Shown: piece after piece, positions 33,079-43,634 of the stretch
Numbering within the stretch: the stretch's first letter is position 1
Layout of the letters: every line of letters begins with the position of its first letter
Assembly (NCBI GenBank): GCA_963798085.1
Contig: CAWCRS010000005.1
Span: forward strand, 736,001-800,000
Direction of reading: 5' to 3'
Length of the DNA: 64,000 bases
Source of the DNA: an uncultured Gemmatimonadales bacterium
GTDB taxonomy: Bacteria; Gemmatimonadota; Gemmatimonadetes; Longimicrobiales; RSA9
Position numbers and translations under genes: made by a program
Notes under the pieces: model-generated
The model's input: only the letters and a program-made list of their open reading frames with translations
The model's database searches: none
What the model was told of the DNA's origin: nothing

Positions 33079-35727
33079 ATGCCCCCGTCCACACGCTGGT
33101 TGCGCCGGCTGCTGCGTCTCTTCGGCCGACACCGCGACGACCACGACATCAAGCAGGAGATGCAGTTCCACGTGGACATGCGCGCGCGCGAGTTGATCGA
33201 GACCGGCTCGAGCCCTGCCGCAGCGCGCCGCCAGGCTCGGCTCGAGTTCGGCGGCATGGACCGGTTCCAGGAAGAGGCGCGCGATGCGCGCCGCCTGCCG
33301 CCCCTCGAGGACTTCCTGTCCGATCTGCGCTTCGCCGCCCGCCTGCTGCGCCGCAGTCCCGGGTTCGCCGCAGTGGCCGTTCTCACCATCGGTCTGTGTA
33401 TCGCTGCGAACACCGCTGTTTTCAGCATTGTCAACGCCGTCATGCTGCGTCCGCTGCCCTTCCCTCAGGCACAGCGCATCCTCTTCATCGGCTGGGACTG
33501 GAACGGCGCCGGCAACCTCATGGGGGCGCTCTCGCCCCTCAAATTCGAGTACTGGCGCGAGCAGAATCGCAGCTTCGAAGCCGTGGCCACGTGGCGTTCA
33601 CGCACGGTTGGCGTGGGCGAGCGCGGCGGCGCTGGACAGGCCGCGTTGCTGCTCGTTTCGCCGGACTTCCTGCGCGTGGTCGGCGTGCAGCCTCGTCTGG
33701 GCCGGGGCTTCAGCGCTGCGGAGGATGCCGCCGGCGGTCCGGCGGTCGCCATCATCACGGATAACACGTGGCGAGGGCGGCTGGGTGGTGATCCAGGCGC
33801 GATCGGACGCAGCGTCATCCTGGACGGCACGAGCTACCAGGTCATTGGTGTGCTGCCGCCCACGTTCGCGTTTCCGCTTTCGGACAAGCCGGATGTGCTG
33901 GTGCCGCTGCGTCTGGTCGTGGACCCCCGCGACGAGGGTCTCAACTACGAGGCGATGGCGCGGCTCGCTCCCGGTGTGACGCGCGCCGCTGCGCGTGCCG
34001 ATGTACAGCGCATCACGGAGTCGTTCCGGGCCGCGTACCCGGGCGTCGAGACGGGCCAGGCGGAGCGCGCCGACGTGATGGATTACGGTCAGCTCTACCT
34101 GGGCGGGCTGCAGACCACGCTCTGGGTGCTGCAGGGCGCGGTGCTGCTGGTGCTGCTCATTGCCTGCGCCAATGTTGCTAACCTGCTGTTGGCGCGGGGC
34201 ACGACCCGCCAGCGCGAGATGGCGGTGCGCGCCACGCTGGGTGCGGGGCGCGGCCGCCTGGCGCGCCAGGTGATGAGCGAGAGTCTGCTGCTGGCCGCCG
34301 CCGGTGGAACCCTGGGCCTCGCCCTGGCGGCCGCCGGGCTGCGGTTCATCGTCGGCGTCGCGCCCGCGGGCATTCAGCGGCTCGACGAAGTGTCGGTCGA
34401 CGCATCCGTGCTCGCCTTCACATCCGTGACCGCGCTGATCACGGGACTGCTGTTCGGCCTCATCGCGGCGTTTCCGGCTGCGCGTGTGAATCTGAGCCGG
34501 TCCATCCGCGAAGGTCAGCGGGCGGGCACGAGCCGGCGCACCGGCCTGGGTCGCGCAGTGCTGGTGGGCGCGGAAGCCGCGCTTGCCATGATGCTGCTCG
34601 CAGGCGCGGGCCTGCTGATCACGAGCTTCGTGAAACTGCGGCGCACGGATCTCGGATTCGATGCGCAACAGCTCACGACGTTGTCGTTCCCCCGTCTGCC
34701 CGACGCCTACAGGAGCACTGCGCTGACCTGGAGTTTCGAGCAGCAGCTGCTCGAGAGGCTGCGCTCACTGCCCGGCGTCGTCGCGGCCGCGGACGCATCG
34801 ACGCTGCCGCTCACGCGCGGCCCCAACATCCCGATGACGGTAGAGGGCCGGCCGGATGCCAGCGAAGGCGCCGTCGAGTGGCGCAGTGTGAGCCCCGGTT
34901 ACTTCGATGTCCTGGGCATCCGCATCGTGCGCGGCCGGCCCGTCACCGAGGAAGACATCCGCAATCAGCGCCCGGTCGTCGTCATCAGTGAAGCGCTGGC
35001 ACAGAAGTACTGGCCCGATCAGGACCCGCTCGGTCAACGCATCCTGATCGGCGTGTTCCGCGGCAAGAAGGTGCTGCCCGGCTTCAACGATCCGCCGCGC
35101 GAGATTGTCGGTGTGAGCGCAGACATGCGCGAGGCGGGCCCCGCACGCCGTCCGCTGCGCACCATGTTCGTGCCCCATGACGTGACGGGCGAGGGCATGC
35201 CCGGCTTTCTCGTGCGCGTGCGCGGCAGCGTCACCGCCGACGCCCTGCGCCAGGCGGTGCAGGACGTCGATCGCACCATGACCGTACCCGAGCTGCACAG
35301 CATGACCGAGCGCCTGCGCGCAAACCTGGCGCAGGACCGTTTCAACACGCTGCTCATGGGCCTGTTTGCCGGCGCCGCGCTGCTGCTCACCGCCATCGGC
35401 ATTTACGGCGTCGTGTCGTACACGGTGCGGCTGCGCACGCCCGAGATCGGCGTGCGCCTGGCGCTGGGCGCGCAGCGCGGCCGGGTTCTGCGCGCCTCCA
35501 TGATGCGCGGCATGCGGCCCGTGCTCATCGGACTGGCTGTCGGCGTGGGCGGGGCGCTGGGACTGGCTCGCTTCCTCACCAGCATGCTGCACGACGTGCG
35601 TCCGACAGACCCCGTGGCGCTGAGCGCCGTGGCCCTGCTGCTCGCGCTGGTGGCGCTGCTCGCCAGCTGGCTGCCTTCGCGACGGGCGGCACGCGTCGAC
35701 CCGATGGTGGCACTGCGCTTCGACTGA
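33079..35727 (+). CDS. ADOP-type duplicated ABC permease with N-terminal prefix domain
   Basis: AGGAG RBS; EMQFHVDM prefix; DLRFAARLLRRSPGF; LIACANVANL; ends DPMVALRFD. Confidence 0.92.
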   Translation: MPPSTRWLRRLLRLFGRHRDDHDIKQEMQFHVDMRARELIETGSSPAAARRQARLEFGGMDRFQEEARDARRLPPLEDFLSDLRFAARLLRRSPGFAAVAVLTIGLCIAANTAVFSIVNAVMLRPLPFPQAQRILFIGWDWNGAGNLMGALSPLKFEYWREQNRSFEAVATWRSRTVGVGERGGAGQAALLLVSPDFLRVVGVQPRLGRGFSAAEDAAGGPAVAIITDNTWRGRLGGDPGAIGRSVILDGTSYQVIGVLPPTFAFPLSDKPDVLVPLRLVVDPRDEGLNYEAMARLAPGVTRAAARADVQRITESFRAAYPGVETGQAERADVMDYGQLYLGGLQTTLWVLQGAVLLVLLIACANVANLLLARGTTRQREMAVRATLGAGRGRLARQVMSESLLLAAAGGTLGLALAAAGLRFIVGVAPAGIQRLDEVSVDASVLAFTSVTALITGLLFGLIAAFPAARVNLSRSIREGQRAGTSRRTGLGRAVLVGAEAALAMMLLAGAGLLITSFVKLRRTDLGFDAQQLTTLSFPRLPDAYRSTALTWSFEQQLLERLRSLPGVVAAADASTLPLTRGPNIPMTVEGRPDASEGAVEWRSVSPGYFDVLGIRIVRGRPVTEEDIRNQRPVVVISEALAQKYWPDQDPLGQRILIGVFRGKKVLPGFNDPPREIVGVSADMREAGPARRPLRTMFVPHDVTGEGMPGFLVRVRGSVTADALRQAVQDVDRTMTVPELHSMTERLRANLAQDRFNTLLMGLFAGAALLLTAIGIYGVVSYTVRLRTPEIGVRLALGAQRGRVLRASMMRGMRPVLIGLAVGVGGALGLARFLTSMLHDVRPTDPVALSAVALLLALVALLASWLPSRRAARVDPMVALRFD

Positions 35728-35912
35728 TACCGGGCTCGTGCTTCTAACGCATCATTAACAGATGCAGGCGACGCCGCAGCTTCACGTCTGCTCCGCGCCG
35801 CCGCGTGCGCGGGTCCGGCCTGTCCTTCGGCGGCCAGTGCGCAGGATGCGCCACCCACCAGCGCTGACACCCTGTTGTCCATGGCTGACACGGCCGCACA
35901 TCCCCGCGGCGT

Positions 35913-36440
35913 TCAGAGGTCGACAGCGAAGAGCCTGACATTGGCGGCCGCGCCGGGGGGACGGACCGGTCCGGCCGCGCTGAAGCCGAGGCGATCGAGC
36001 AGGCGCGCGGAGACTTCGTTGTCATGGGTCGTGATGGCCACGAGGTGGCGCAGACCCAGCGTCTGGCTCGCGTATCGCATGAGTGCCATCGCCGCTTCGC
36101 CCGCGTAGCCCTGTGACCAGTACGCGGGCAGAAACGCAAAACCCAGATCGACGTCTTCCAGCCAGTCGCGCCGGAAGAGGCTGCAGAAGCCCATGGCAAC
36201 CGAAGTCGCCTTCGATTCCACCAGGAACGGGCCGATGCCCCCGCTGCTGTAGTAGTGGAGAAAGCGATCCTCGATGTAGCCGCGGGCACCCTCGAGCTCG
36301 CGCACACCGCGATCTCCAATGAAGCGGATGAAGGATGGCTCGTTGAACATTTCGAGCACGAAAGCGGCATCCTCCACGCGAAACCGGCGCAGGATGAGTC
36401 GTTCGGTCTGCAGCAGCGTATCCGCAGGCGCGTCAGCCAT
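35913..36440 (-). CDS. GNAT acetyltransferase, RimJ/RimL-like
   Basis: LQTERLILRRF, DLGFAFLPAYWSQGYA, NEVSARLLDRLGF. Confidence 0.88.
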   Translation of the reverse strand: MADAPADTLLQTERLILRRFRVEDAAFVLEMFNEPSFIRFIGDRGVRELEGARGYIEDRFLHYYSSGGIGPFLVESKATSVAMGFCSLFRRDWLEDVDLGFAFLPAYWSQGYAGEAAMALMRYASQTLGLRHLVAITTHDNEVSARLLDRLGFSAAGPVRPPGAAANVRLFAVDL

Positions 36441-36520
36441 CCGTGGCGTCCTGGCGCTGCCGGCGCCCGTCGATGTCGGAGCGGGCCCGCGGAGCATGGC
36501 ATGCGCTACCAGGCGAGCGC

Positions 36521-37585
36521 TCAGCGACACTGATTGACATGCCGGCCTTCGAGAATCCGGTCGAGCGACACGAGCGTGTCGCCGCCCGCGGTCATGCGCT
36601 GCACGAATTCGCGCGTGAAGATGCGCACCATCAGATCGGGCCTTGTGGAGCCGTCCTGCAGCACATCGATGTACTCGACGCGGTCCGGCAGCAGGGTGTC
36701 GAGCAGCGGATTGCTCCGCCGCGCAACGAGCCTCCGCCCATTGTAGATGCCGCTCGAAGTCACGCCTCCCGCCAGCAGCATCGGTTTCTCGTCGATGATG
36801 AAGCAGCGCACTCTTTCCATGCGCGACCCCAGGACACGGTTCAGCACATCCCTGACCGAGCCGTTCAGATCCTGCATCAGCTCGGCGCGGTCGATTACGC
36901 CGCCATCGAACTTGTACTGCCGTTCGCCCGCGCGCTCCACAATGCGGTGCTTCTGCCTGGCAACCATTCCCGCTACAACAGGATCCGGCTCCAGCTCGAA
37001 GCGCAGAATCGTATCACGCTCCGTCGTGAACGACATCGTGAGCGGCGCATACCCGAATTCGCGCGCCTGGATCGTGATGGGCACCGCGGCGGGCACCTTG
37101 CCGAATTTGAAGCGACCAATGGGGTCCGTGACCGCATGGCGATCCGGCGTCGCGACGACGTCCACGTCGATCAGGCCGGTGCCGCTCGCTTTTTCCACGA
37201 CGGTGCCGCGAATCGTGATGTTGTGCGCCCGCACGGCCACAGTGTCCAGTTGAACGGGCGTGCGCTCGAGCGCCAGCACGACGGTCGTGTCGCCTGCGAT
37301 GAGCAGCGTACTGTCGCTGGCGGCATAGCCAATGCCCTCCGCCGCGAGTACATAGCGACCCGGCGGCACGCGCGCAAAGCGGAAGCTGCCATCTCTCCCC
37401 GTGACGGCTGGTGCACGACCGTTCAGGCTCACCGTGATGCCGGCCACGGGCGCCTGTGTCTGCCTTTCGATGACTCTGCCGCGCACGGTAGCGGTTCCCT
37501 GTGCGGCTGCGCGCGGCGCGCACAGTGCGACCAGCGCGAGAGCCAGTCCGACGAGATCGAGCCTGATCCCGGCGGTGGTGATCAT
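36521..37585 (-). CDS. Secreted protein: two carboxypeptidase-regulatory-like domains plus a degenerate plug-like C-terminus
   Basis: GGAGG RBS; signal peptide; VRGRVIE...TGRDGSFRF and IRGTVVE...TDPIGRFKF; LLPDRVEYIDV...VRIFTR. Confidence 0.7.
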   Translation of the reverse strand: MITTAGIRLDLVGLALALVALCAPRAAAQGTATVRGRVIERQTQAPVAGITVSLNGRAPAVTGRDGSFRFARVPPGRYVLAAEGIGYAASDSTLLIAGDTTVVLALERTPVQLDTVAVRAHNITIRGTVVEKASGTGLIDVDVVATPDRHAVTDPIGRFKFGKVPAAVPITIQAREFGYAPLTMSFTTERDTILRFELEPDPVVAGMVARQKHRIVERAGERQYKFDGGVIDRAELMQDLNGSVRDVLNRVLGSRMERVRCFIIDEKPMLLAGGVTSSGIYNGRRLVARRSNPLLDTLLPDRVEYIDVLQDGSTRPDLMVRIFTREFVQRMTAGGDTLVSLDRILEGRHVNQCR

Positions 37586-37697
37586 GGCGTCCTCCTGTGT
37601 GGATTACGGCACCTGCTGCGCCGGTCGCGGCATCGCGCACAGCGTCTTCCCGCGAGGCTGCCGCCGGCGGGGCACGAACCGGCCACCAGCCTTTCCC

Positions 37698-39848
37698 TCA
37701 GCGGGCGCTGCGGGCGCGGCTGCGCAGGAACGTCTCCAGTGCGCGCACGTGCGCGGCCGCAATGCGCTGCTGCACGTCGGGGTTGCGCAGTGCGGCTTCC
37801 TGCTCGGGAATCATGAGGAACATCGTCTCGGAGAGCACGGCCGGCATCCAGGTGGCGCGTACCACGGCCAGGTCGGCGCGCCCGATGCCGATATCGCGCA
37901 GTCGCAGCTCGTTCTCCAGTTCGTCGAGGACGGCACGCGCCAGTTCCAGCGATTGCGGCTGGAAGTAGTAGACGCTGGTGCCCGCGCTGGTGAAGGGGTT
38001 CACGCCGTCAGGAAACGCGTTGTTATGAAGTGAGAGCAGGATGTCCGCGTTCATGTCGGTGGCCAGGCGTGGCCGTGCGTCCAGGGCAACGGGTGAAGCG
38101 TCCACACGCGTGAGCAGCACGCGCGCGCCCCGGCTCTCGAGCATGGGCTTGAGCGCCAGCGCTACCGCCAGGTTGGCCTCCGCTTCGGTCAAGCCGGTGG
38201 GCCCGTTGGCGCCGGCCGGTGGATGTCCCGGATCCACCGCGATGAGCAGTCCCTGCAGCGGGTGCGTTGCGTCGATGGGGGGCGGGCGGCGAATGCGCAC
38301 CACCAGTGCACCGCTCTCGTCGAAGAACGCCTGATAGCCCCAGACAGGTTGCGTGAGCGTCACGCGCACGCGGAATTCGCGGTCCGCCGGCTGGCTCCAC
38401 TCCGCGCGCTCCACGAGGGAGTCCAGCGCGCCGTACTGCAGAAAATTCACTTCGCTGGTGGCGCCGTACACCGTGATGTCGAGCGTACGCTCTGCCTCGT
38501 CCACGCGGAAGGGCATGCGCGCGGGCAGCGGAATGCGCACGTCCACACCCTCGCTCCGGGCCGCAAGGCGCACGCCACTGACCACACCCTGTGGCGGCGG
38601 CGAGTTCGCCGGTAACAGCGTGATATCAGACGCCGGCAGCCATGCGGAGAGCCCGCGGGTCAGCCGCACGCGGTACTGACCGCCGCGCTCGGCATCCAGC
38701 GCCACCTGCGTACCGGGCGGCCAGAACCAGTGGTAGGGCCCGGCCAGCCCGGGCCGTGCGTGCGTCGTCCAGTCGGCCGGCGCGCCCGCGGGCGGCGTGA
38801 TCACGCCCACGCGTGGCGTGCTCGCGGGCAGACCCGCCAGCTGCAGCGCCAGCGGCAGGCGAGTGGTGTCACTCCCCACGATCAGCTCGAGCTGCGCCCA
38901 GAGCGGGCGCAGGCCGGCATAACGCGCTGTCAGGCTGTTCAGCGAGTCGGCGGTGATCTGCATGCGCCGGCCCAGTCGCTCCAGCGCAGCCCTGTCCTGG
39001 GCACTGGGCAGGGGCCGCCCCGCAATCCGGGCCTGGCGCTCCATTGTGGTGTCGCGGACGAATTCGCTGACCGGCACGAGATCGCGCGGCGGTGCCGCCT
39101 CCAGCGCGGGCCGGCGCGCGCTCGTGTCCGGCCCCACCCAGGGCCCCTGCACGGTGATCATGCCCGCGTAGCGCGACCATCCGGCCAGACGTTCCGCGGG
39201 CTGGGGCGCACCGCGGAAGTTGGCGGCCTCCGTGCTGCCGCGGTCCACGAGCGGCTTCTCGCTCAACCGGACCGGCGGCTCGCCACCCGGCAGGATCACC
39301 CACGCCTCTCCGCCCGACGCGCCCGTGAACCCGACCTCGAATGCTTCGCCGTACGGCAGGGCGAGCGCGCCGGTCGGGTACGGCGAGCCGGGCAGGATCG
39401 CGGCGCCCGCGGGCGGATCCGGCCGGGGCGTGACCTGCACGCGGCGTTCGAGCTGAAGACTCTCGGCACCCTTCGTCGCCTGAAAGCTGTACACGCCATC
39501 GGCGGGCACCGGCAGCCAGGCGAGGAAGGCGCCATCGGGCGCCACCGGGACGGCGGTGCCGTTGATGCGCAGGCTGGTCCTGCCCGAACCGGTCCCGCCA
39601 AACACGAAGTTGGAATCACGTACGGCTAGCACCGCGTTATCGGGCGGATATACCACAGTGAGCTGCAGCGGCCCATCGACCGGGGGCACAGGCGGCAGCG
39701 CCGGACCGGGCGTGACGGGGACAGGCGTGGGACGCAGGCCGGCGGACGGACCGCCCATGGCGCAGCCCGCGCCCGCCAGCGCCAGCACGAGCGCGCTCGT
39801 GCAGGCAGCGTGTACACGTACACGACGCGTGTGCCCGAACCCTTGCAT
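37698..39848 (-). CDS. N-acetylmuramoyl-L-alanine amidase (Amidase_3), lipoprotein
   Basis: Lipobox GAGC; IAVDPGH, EAEANL, LSLHNNA and VLSE zinc ligands; AMIN-like region upstream of the catalytic domain. Confidence 0.88.
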   Translation of the reverse strand: MQGFGHTRRVRVHAACTSALVLALAGAGCAMGGPSAGLRPTPVPVTPGPALPPVPPVDGPLQLTVVYPPDNAVLAVRDSNFVFGGTGSGRTSLRINGTAVPVAPDGAFLAWLPVPADGVYSFQATKGAESLQLERRVQVTPRPDPPAGAAILPGSPYPTGALALPYGEAFEVGFTGASGGEAWVILPGGEPPVRLSEKPLVDRGSTEAANFRGAPQPAERLAGWSRYAGMITVQGPWVGPDTSARRPALEAAPPRDLVPVSEFVRDTTMERQARIAGRPLPSAQDRAALERLGRRMQITADSLNSLTARYAGLRPLWAQLELIVGSDTTRLPLALQLAGLPASTPRVGVITPPAGAPADWTTHARPGLAGPYHWFWPPGTQVALDAERGGQYRVRLTRGLSAWLPASDITLLPANSPPPQGVVSGVRLAARSEGVDVRIPLPARMPFRVDEAERTLDITVYGATSEVNFLQYGALDSLVERAEWSQPADREFRVRVTLTQPVWGYQAFFDESGALVVRIRRPPPIDATHPLQGLLIAVDPGHPPAGANGPTGLTEAEANLAVALALKPMLESRGARVLLTRVDASPVALDARPRLATDMNADILLSLHNNAFPDGVNPFTSAGTSVYYFQPQSLELARAVLDELENELRLRDIGIGRADLAVVRATWMPAVLSETMFLMIPEQEAALRNPDVQQRIAAAHVRALETFLRSRARSAR

Positions 39849-39976
39849 CCCCGGGCGCCCTCGCCCGCACACCGTGCTTCGCCCTCGCCACCGCCTCGCC
39901 ACGCGGGACGCATCCGCGCGCGGCTCGACCTGCGCGTCTGACGGCGGGCCTGCCCGTCGCGAAACTGCGTCGCGCA

Positions 39977-41795
39977 TCACGCGCCTGATGGCTCGGGTGA
40001 TGGCTGCGCCAGTGTCGCAGCCGCGGGCCCTGACGGCGGCGAGCGCAGGCGTCGCAGCCAGATCCAGCCGACCAGTGCGGAGAGCGCCATCAACGCAGCC
40101 GTGCCCCAGCGCGCGAACAGCAGTCCGCCGATCAGGAACATGAGACCGTACAGCAGCATGAGTCCGGCCACGACGCGCCGCAGGTCCGCGCTCAGGTCCT
40201 GTGCCGGCTCGAGTCCCGTGCGCGCGCGCTGCCGGCGCCAGCCCGGGCCTCCGGGCCGGACGCGCCGATAGAATGCGTCCAGCTTGTCATCGCTCTCGGG
40301 CGGCGTCAGCAGCATCGCCGGAATCCAGACGGCCAGGCTGATCGCGGTGGTGACCATCAGGCGAACACCGAAGTCAGCGATCTGCAGATTGTAGATGGGA
40401 TTGCTCACGGAAGTCAGGAAGCCCGCGAGGAACCCGGCCACCATGGCGGCCAGCTCGGCCCACGCGTTCACGCGCCACCAGAACCAGCGCAGGATCAGCA
40501 CCACGCCGGGCCCGGTGCCCACGGCCAGGATCAGACGATACACGGTGGCAATGCTCTGCGAGTGGAACGCCGCGTACCCGGCAATCACGGTGACCAGCAC
40601 ACTGGCCCCGCGCGCCGCCACTACCAGCTCCTTCTGGGTGGCGTGCGGCCGCAGAAACCGCGCATACAGGTCGTTAGTCATGTACGACGCGCTCCAGTTG
40701 ATCAGCGATGACACCGTGCTCATGAACGCCGCCAGCAGCGATGCCACCACCAGGCCCAGCACACCACGCGGCAGGTATTCCAGCATGAGCCGGGGATACC
40801 CCAGCTCACGGTCCGTGAGATCCGGGTACAGCGTCACCGCCACAATGGCCACGATGATCCACGGCCAGGTGCGCACCACGTACTGCATGATGTTGAAGAA
40901 CCACGCCGCTTTCTCCGCATCCTGCTCCGTGCGCACGGCGGAAAGGCGCTGAATGAACTCGCCGCCGCCATCGGACCGGCGGAACGACCACCACAGGATG
41001 GTGACGTACGAGAAGAACGTCGTCGCCGTGATCCCCGCCGCTCTGGACCACGCCGACCAGGTGGCCATGTCCGAACGTCAGTGGCGTGAAGGACAGCATG
41101 TCGAAGCTGGTGAGCGCCTGCGCCTGCTCGCGCACGGCGAGGAGGCCACCCGCGTGGCTGACCGCGTAGCCGGCCACGAGCAGGGCCCCGACCAGCGCCA
41201 GCACGAACTGGAAGAGGTCGGTCGCCACCACACCCCACAGCCCGGCGACACCGGCATACATCAGCACGAGCACACTGACCAGGATGATGCCCCACAGCTT
41301 GGCGGACGCGCCCACGTTGAGGCCCAGGCTGGGGAAGATCTGCAGTGCATCCACCGCCTTGACCATCGCCAGCATGGCGTAGCCGATGCCGATCGAGCCG
41401 ATCACCACGGCGAACAGGAAGCCCTTCACTGCGCGCAGCGTCGCCGCCGGCCGGCCGCCGTAGCGCAACTCGGTCAGTTCGTTGTCCGTCAGGATCTCCG
41501 CCCGCCGCCACATGCGCGCGAAGATGTAGATCAGGATGACGTGGGAGATGGCGGGCGCCCACCACTCCCAGTTGCCGGCGATACCCCGCGTGCCGGTGAC
41601 GCCGGCCACGTAGAGCGGCGTGTCGATGGAGAAGGTCGTGGCGGCCATGGACGTGCCCGCCAGCCACCAGGGCAGCGAGCGGCCACCCACGAAGAAGTCG
41701 ACGAGGCTCTTCAATGCGCGGCGCGCGAGGTACAGCCCCACGGCCATGGAGCCGCCCATGTAGATGACGACGATGGCCCAGTCGATACCGGTCAC
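39977..41795 (-). CDS. Sodium:solute symporter (SSS), +1 frameshift near 41050-41056
   Basis: DFFVGGRSLPWWLAGTSMAATTFSIDTP in the 5' ORF; IQRLSAV, GLVVASLLAAFMST and LRWFWWRVNAW in the 3' ORF; one extra base separates the two frames. Confidence 0.88.
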
Positions 41796-41870
41796 GTCGC
41801 CCGGTCCTCTAACACGGCGTCAGGGGCGCGGAGCCGCCGTCTGCATGCGACCGCTGCCGGACGTGAACGC

Positions 41871-43634
41871 TCATTTGCCGGGTTCCTGCTTCGGGGTCTG
41901 CGGCTTCGCGGCTTCCTGCTGGCGCAGCGCTTCGTCACTCCAGAACCCGGCGCCGCAGGGCACGATCGAGGCCTTCGACGGATCCACGCGCACGTCGGGC
42001 ACGGTGTCCGCGCCCGGCAGCACGCCCAGCACCAGCGTGCCATCGCGGGGCGAGCGATACATGCCGCAATACGCGGCAATGCGATTCACCATGGCCGGAA
42101 TCAGGTACGACTGCGACAGCGCATCGAGATGATCCACCACAATGTAGCGCGCCTTCGCATCCTGTGCGGCGATCACCAGGGAGTCCGGCTCCGAGGACAT
42201 CGGGTAGTAGCGACCGGCGTGACCGGAGATCACGTACATCAGCGTCGGTTTGCGGCTGAGCACGGCCGCGCCCGGCGGCAGTGCCGTACGCGCCCACTCG
42301 GCGACATCGAACCAGTCTCGCCATGCGGGCGGCTGGCAGGGATACCGATTGCCAGCGCGGTATTCCATCATGCACTGGCCGCTGATGGCTACCGAGCGTG
42401 TCTCCTGCGGCACCATGGCCACGAGCACAAGGGCGGTCGCGGCGGTCGCGACATGGAACGCGAGCTGCGGCCGCACCCGCTGCGCCAGGCGACCCAGCCG
42501 CGCCAGCCCATCCCCCGCGTAGTACAGGACCAGCGGCAGCGCGGGCAGCAGAAACCGCTCGCCGGACCATACGGCCGGCCAGACCAGCAGCAGTCCGATG
42601 TAGAGAGGCAGGAACAGCTCCGCCATGGTGAGCCGCCGCAGGCGCAGGCGCCGGGTCCAGCCATAGACGCCCAGCACGGTGGTGAGGGCGGACAGCAGCA
42701 CCGCAAATACGTTGTTAGAGCCGGTCAGCAGAATGGGCAGATGGATGGTGATGTACTTGCTGGCGTTCTCCAGGACGCGGTCGAACAGGTCGATCGCGCC
42801 AATGCGCCCCAGCTGCGGCTGGTAGGGGTTGACGAACCAGAACTGGTTCACGTAGGCGACGCCGCCCTGGGCCCGTGCCCGCAGGTACCAGAGCGCCACC
42901 AGCGGCAGCAGCACGGCGGCCAGCACCAGCAGCTGGCGCCAGCGCCGGCGCAGCCCCAGCCAGGCAAGAGCGGCGAGCACCAGCGGCAGACCCGCGGAGC
43001 GCGTGAAATAGGCCAGTACCGTGGCCAGCACAGCGACCGCGAAGCGCGCGCGCAGCTCCGGCCCCATGCGTTCGAAGGCCCAGAGGGCGAGCGCGGTGAA
43101 GCACCAGAAGGGCACGTCGGACAGAATCCAGTGCGCCTGTTCCAGAACGCCCGGGCTGGCGGCGAGAATGACGGCAACGCCCAGCGCCAGGGCCGGCCGG
43201 CGGCGGCGCTCCACCCAGAGAAACGAAAAACCCACTGCCACGGCCAATGCCAGCGCGATGACCACCTTGAGTCCCACCCACGGTCGCACCCCGACCAGCA
43301 TGGCGAGAGCGAGAATGCCGGGGAACACGGGCGGATACTGCGTGTGCGGCGGTGCCGCCGGATCGAACAGGCTGAGGTATGCGTGGCGCTGCAGCAGCGA
43401 GCGGCCCAGCGTGATGTAGGCCGCGTTGTCGCCGCCCGTGTGCGGCTGCGGCAGGAACGTGAGCAGGGCCAGCAGCAGATGCGCCGCCGCCAGGAAGCCG
43501 GCCATGGCTAACGCATTGTTGCTGTTGAAACGGTTGAAGCGCCGGGCCAGGGTCGGCGGCGGCGCGCGGTGCCGGCCGTGGGCCGCGCGCGCGATGCGCC
43601 TCGCCTCCTGACGGCTGCGCGCCGAACGGCTCAT
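41871..43634 (-). CDS. GT-C superfamily (ArnT/GT39-like) membrane glycosyltransferase
   Basis: GGDNAAY acidic first loop, YPPVFP, ILSDVPF, about 11-13 TM, soluble C-terminal domain; start overlaps the nagZ stop. Confidence 0.72.
   Translation of the reverse strand: MSRSARSRQEARRIARAAHGRHRAPPPTLARRFNRFNSNNALAMAGFLAAAHLLLALLTFLPQPHTGGDNAAYITLGRSLLQRHAYLSLFDPAAPPHTQYPPVFPGILALAMLVGVRPWVGLKVVIALALAVAVGFSFLWVERRRRPALALGVAVILAASPGVLEQAHWILSDVPFWCFTALALWAFERMGPELRARFAVAVLATVLAYFTRSAGLPLVLAALAWLGLRRRWRQLLVLAAVLLPLVALWYLRARAQGGVAYVNQFWFVNPYQPQLGRIGAIDLFDRVLENASKYITIHLPILLTGSNNVFAVLLSALTTVLGVYGWTRRLRLRRLTMAELFLPLYIGLLLVWPAVWSGERFLLPALPLVLYYAGDGLARLGRLAQRVRPQLAFHVATAATALVLVAMVPQETRSVAISGQCMMEYRAGNRYPCQPPAWRDWFDVAEWARTALPPGAAVLSRKPTLMYVISGHAGRYYPMSSEPDSLVIAAQDAKARYIVVDHLDALSQSYLIPAMVNRIAAYCGMYRSPRDGTLVLGVLPGADTVPDVRVDPSKASIVPCGAGFWSDEALRQQEAAKPQTPKQEPGK

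Noticed and set aside
40953..43511. 852-aa plus-strand ORF
   Set aside because: Antisense shadow of the SSS and GT-C genes
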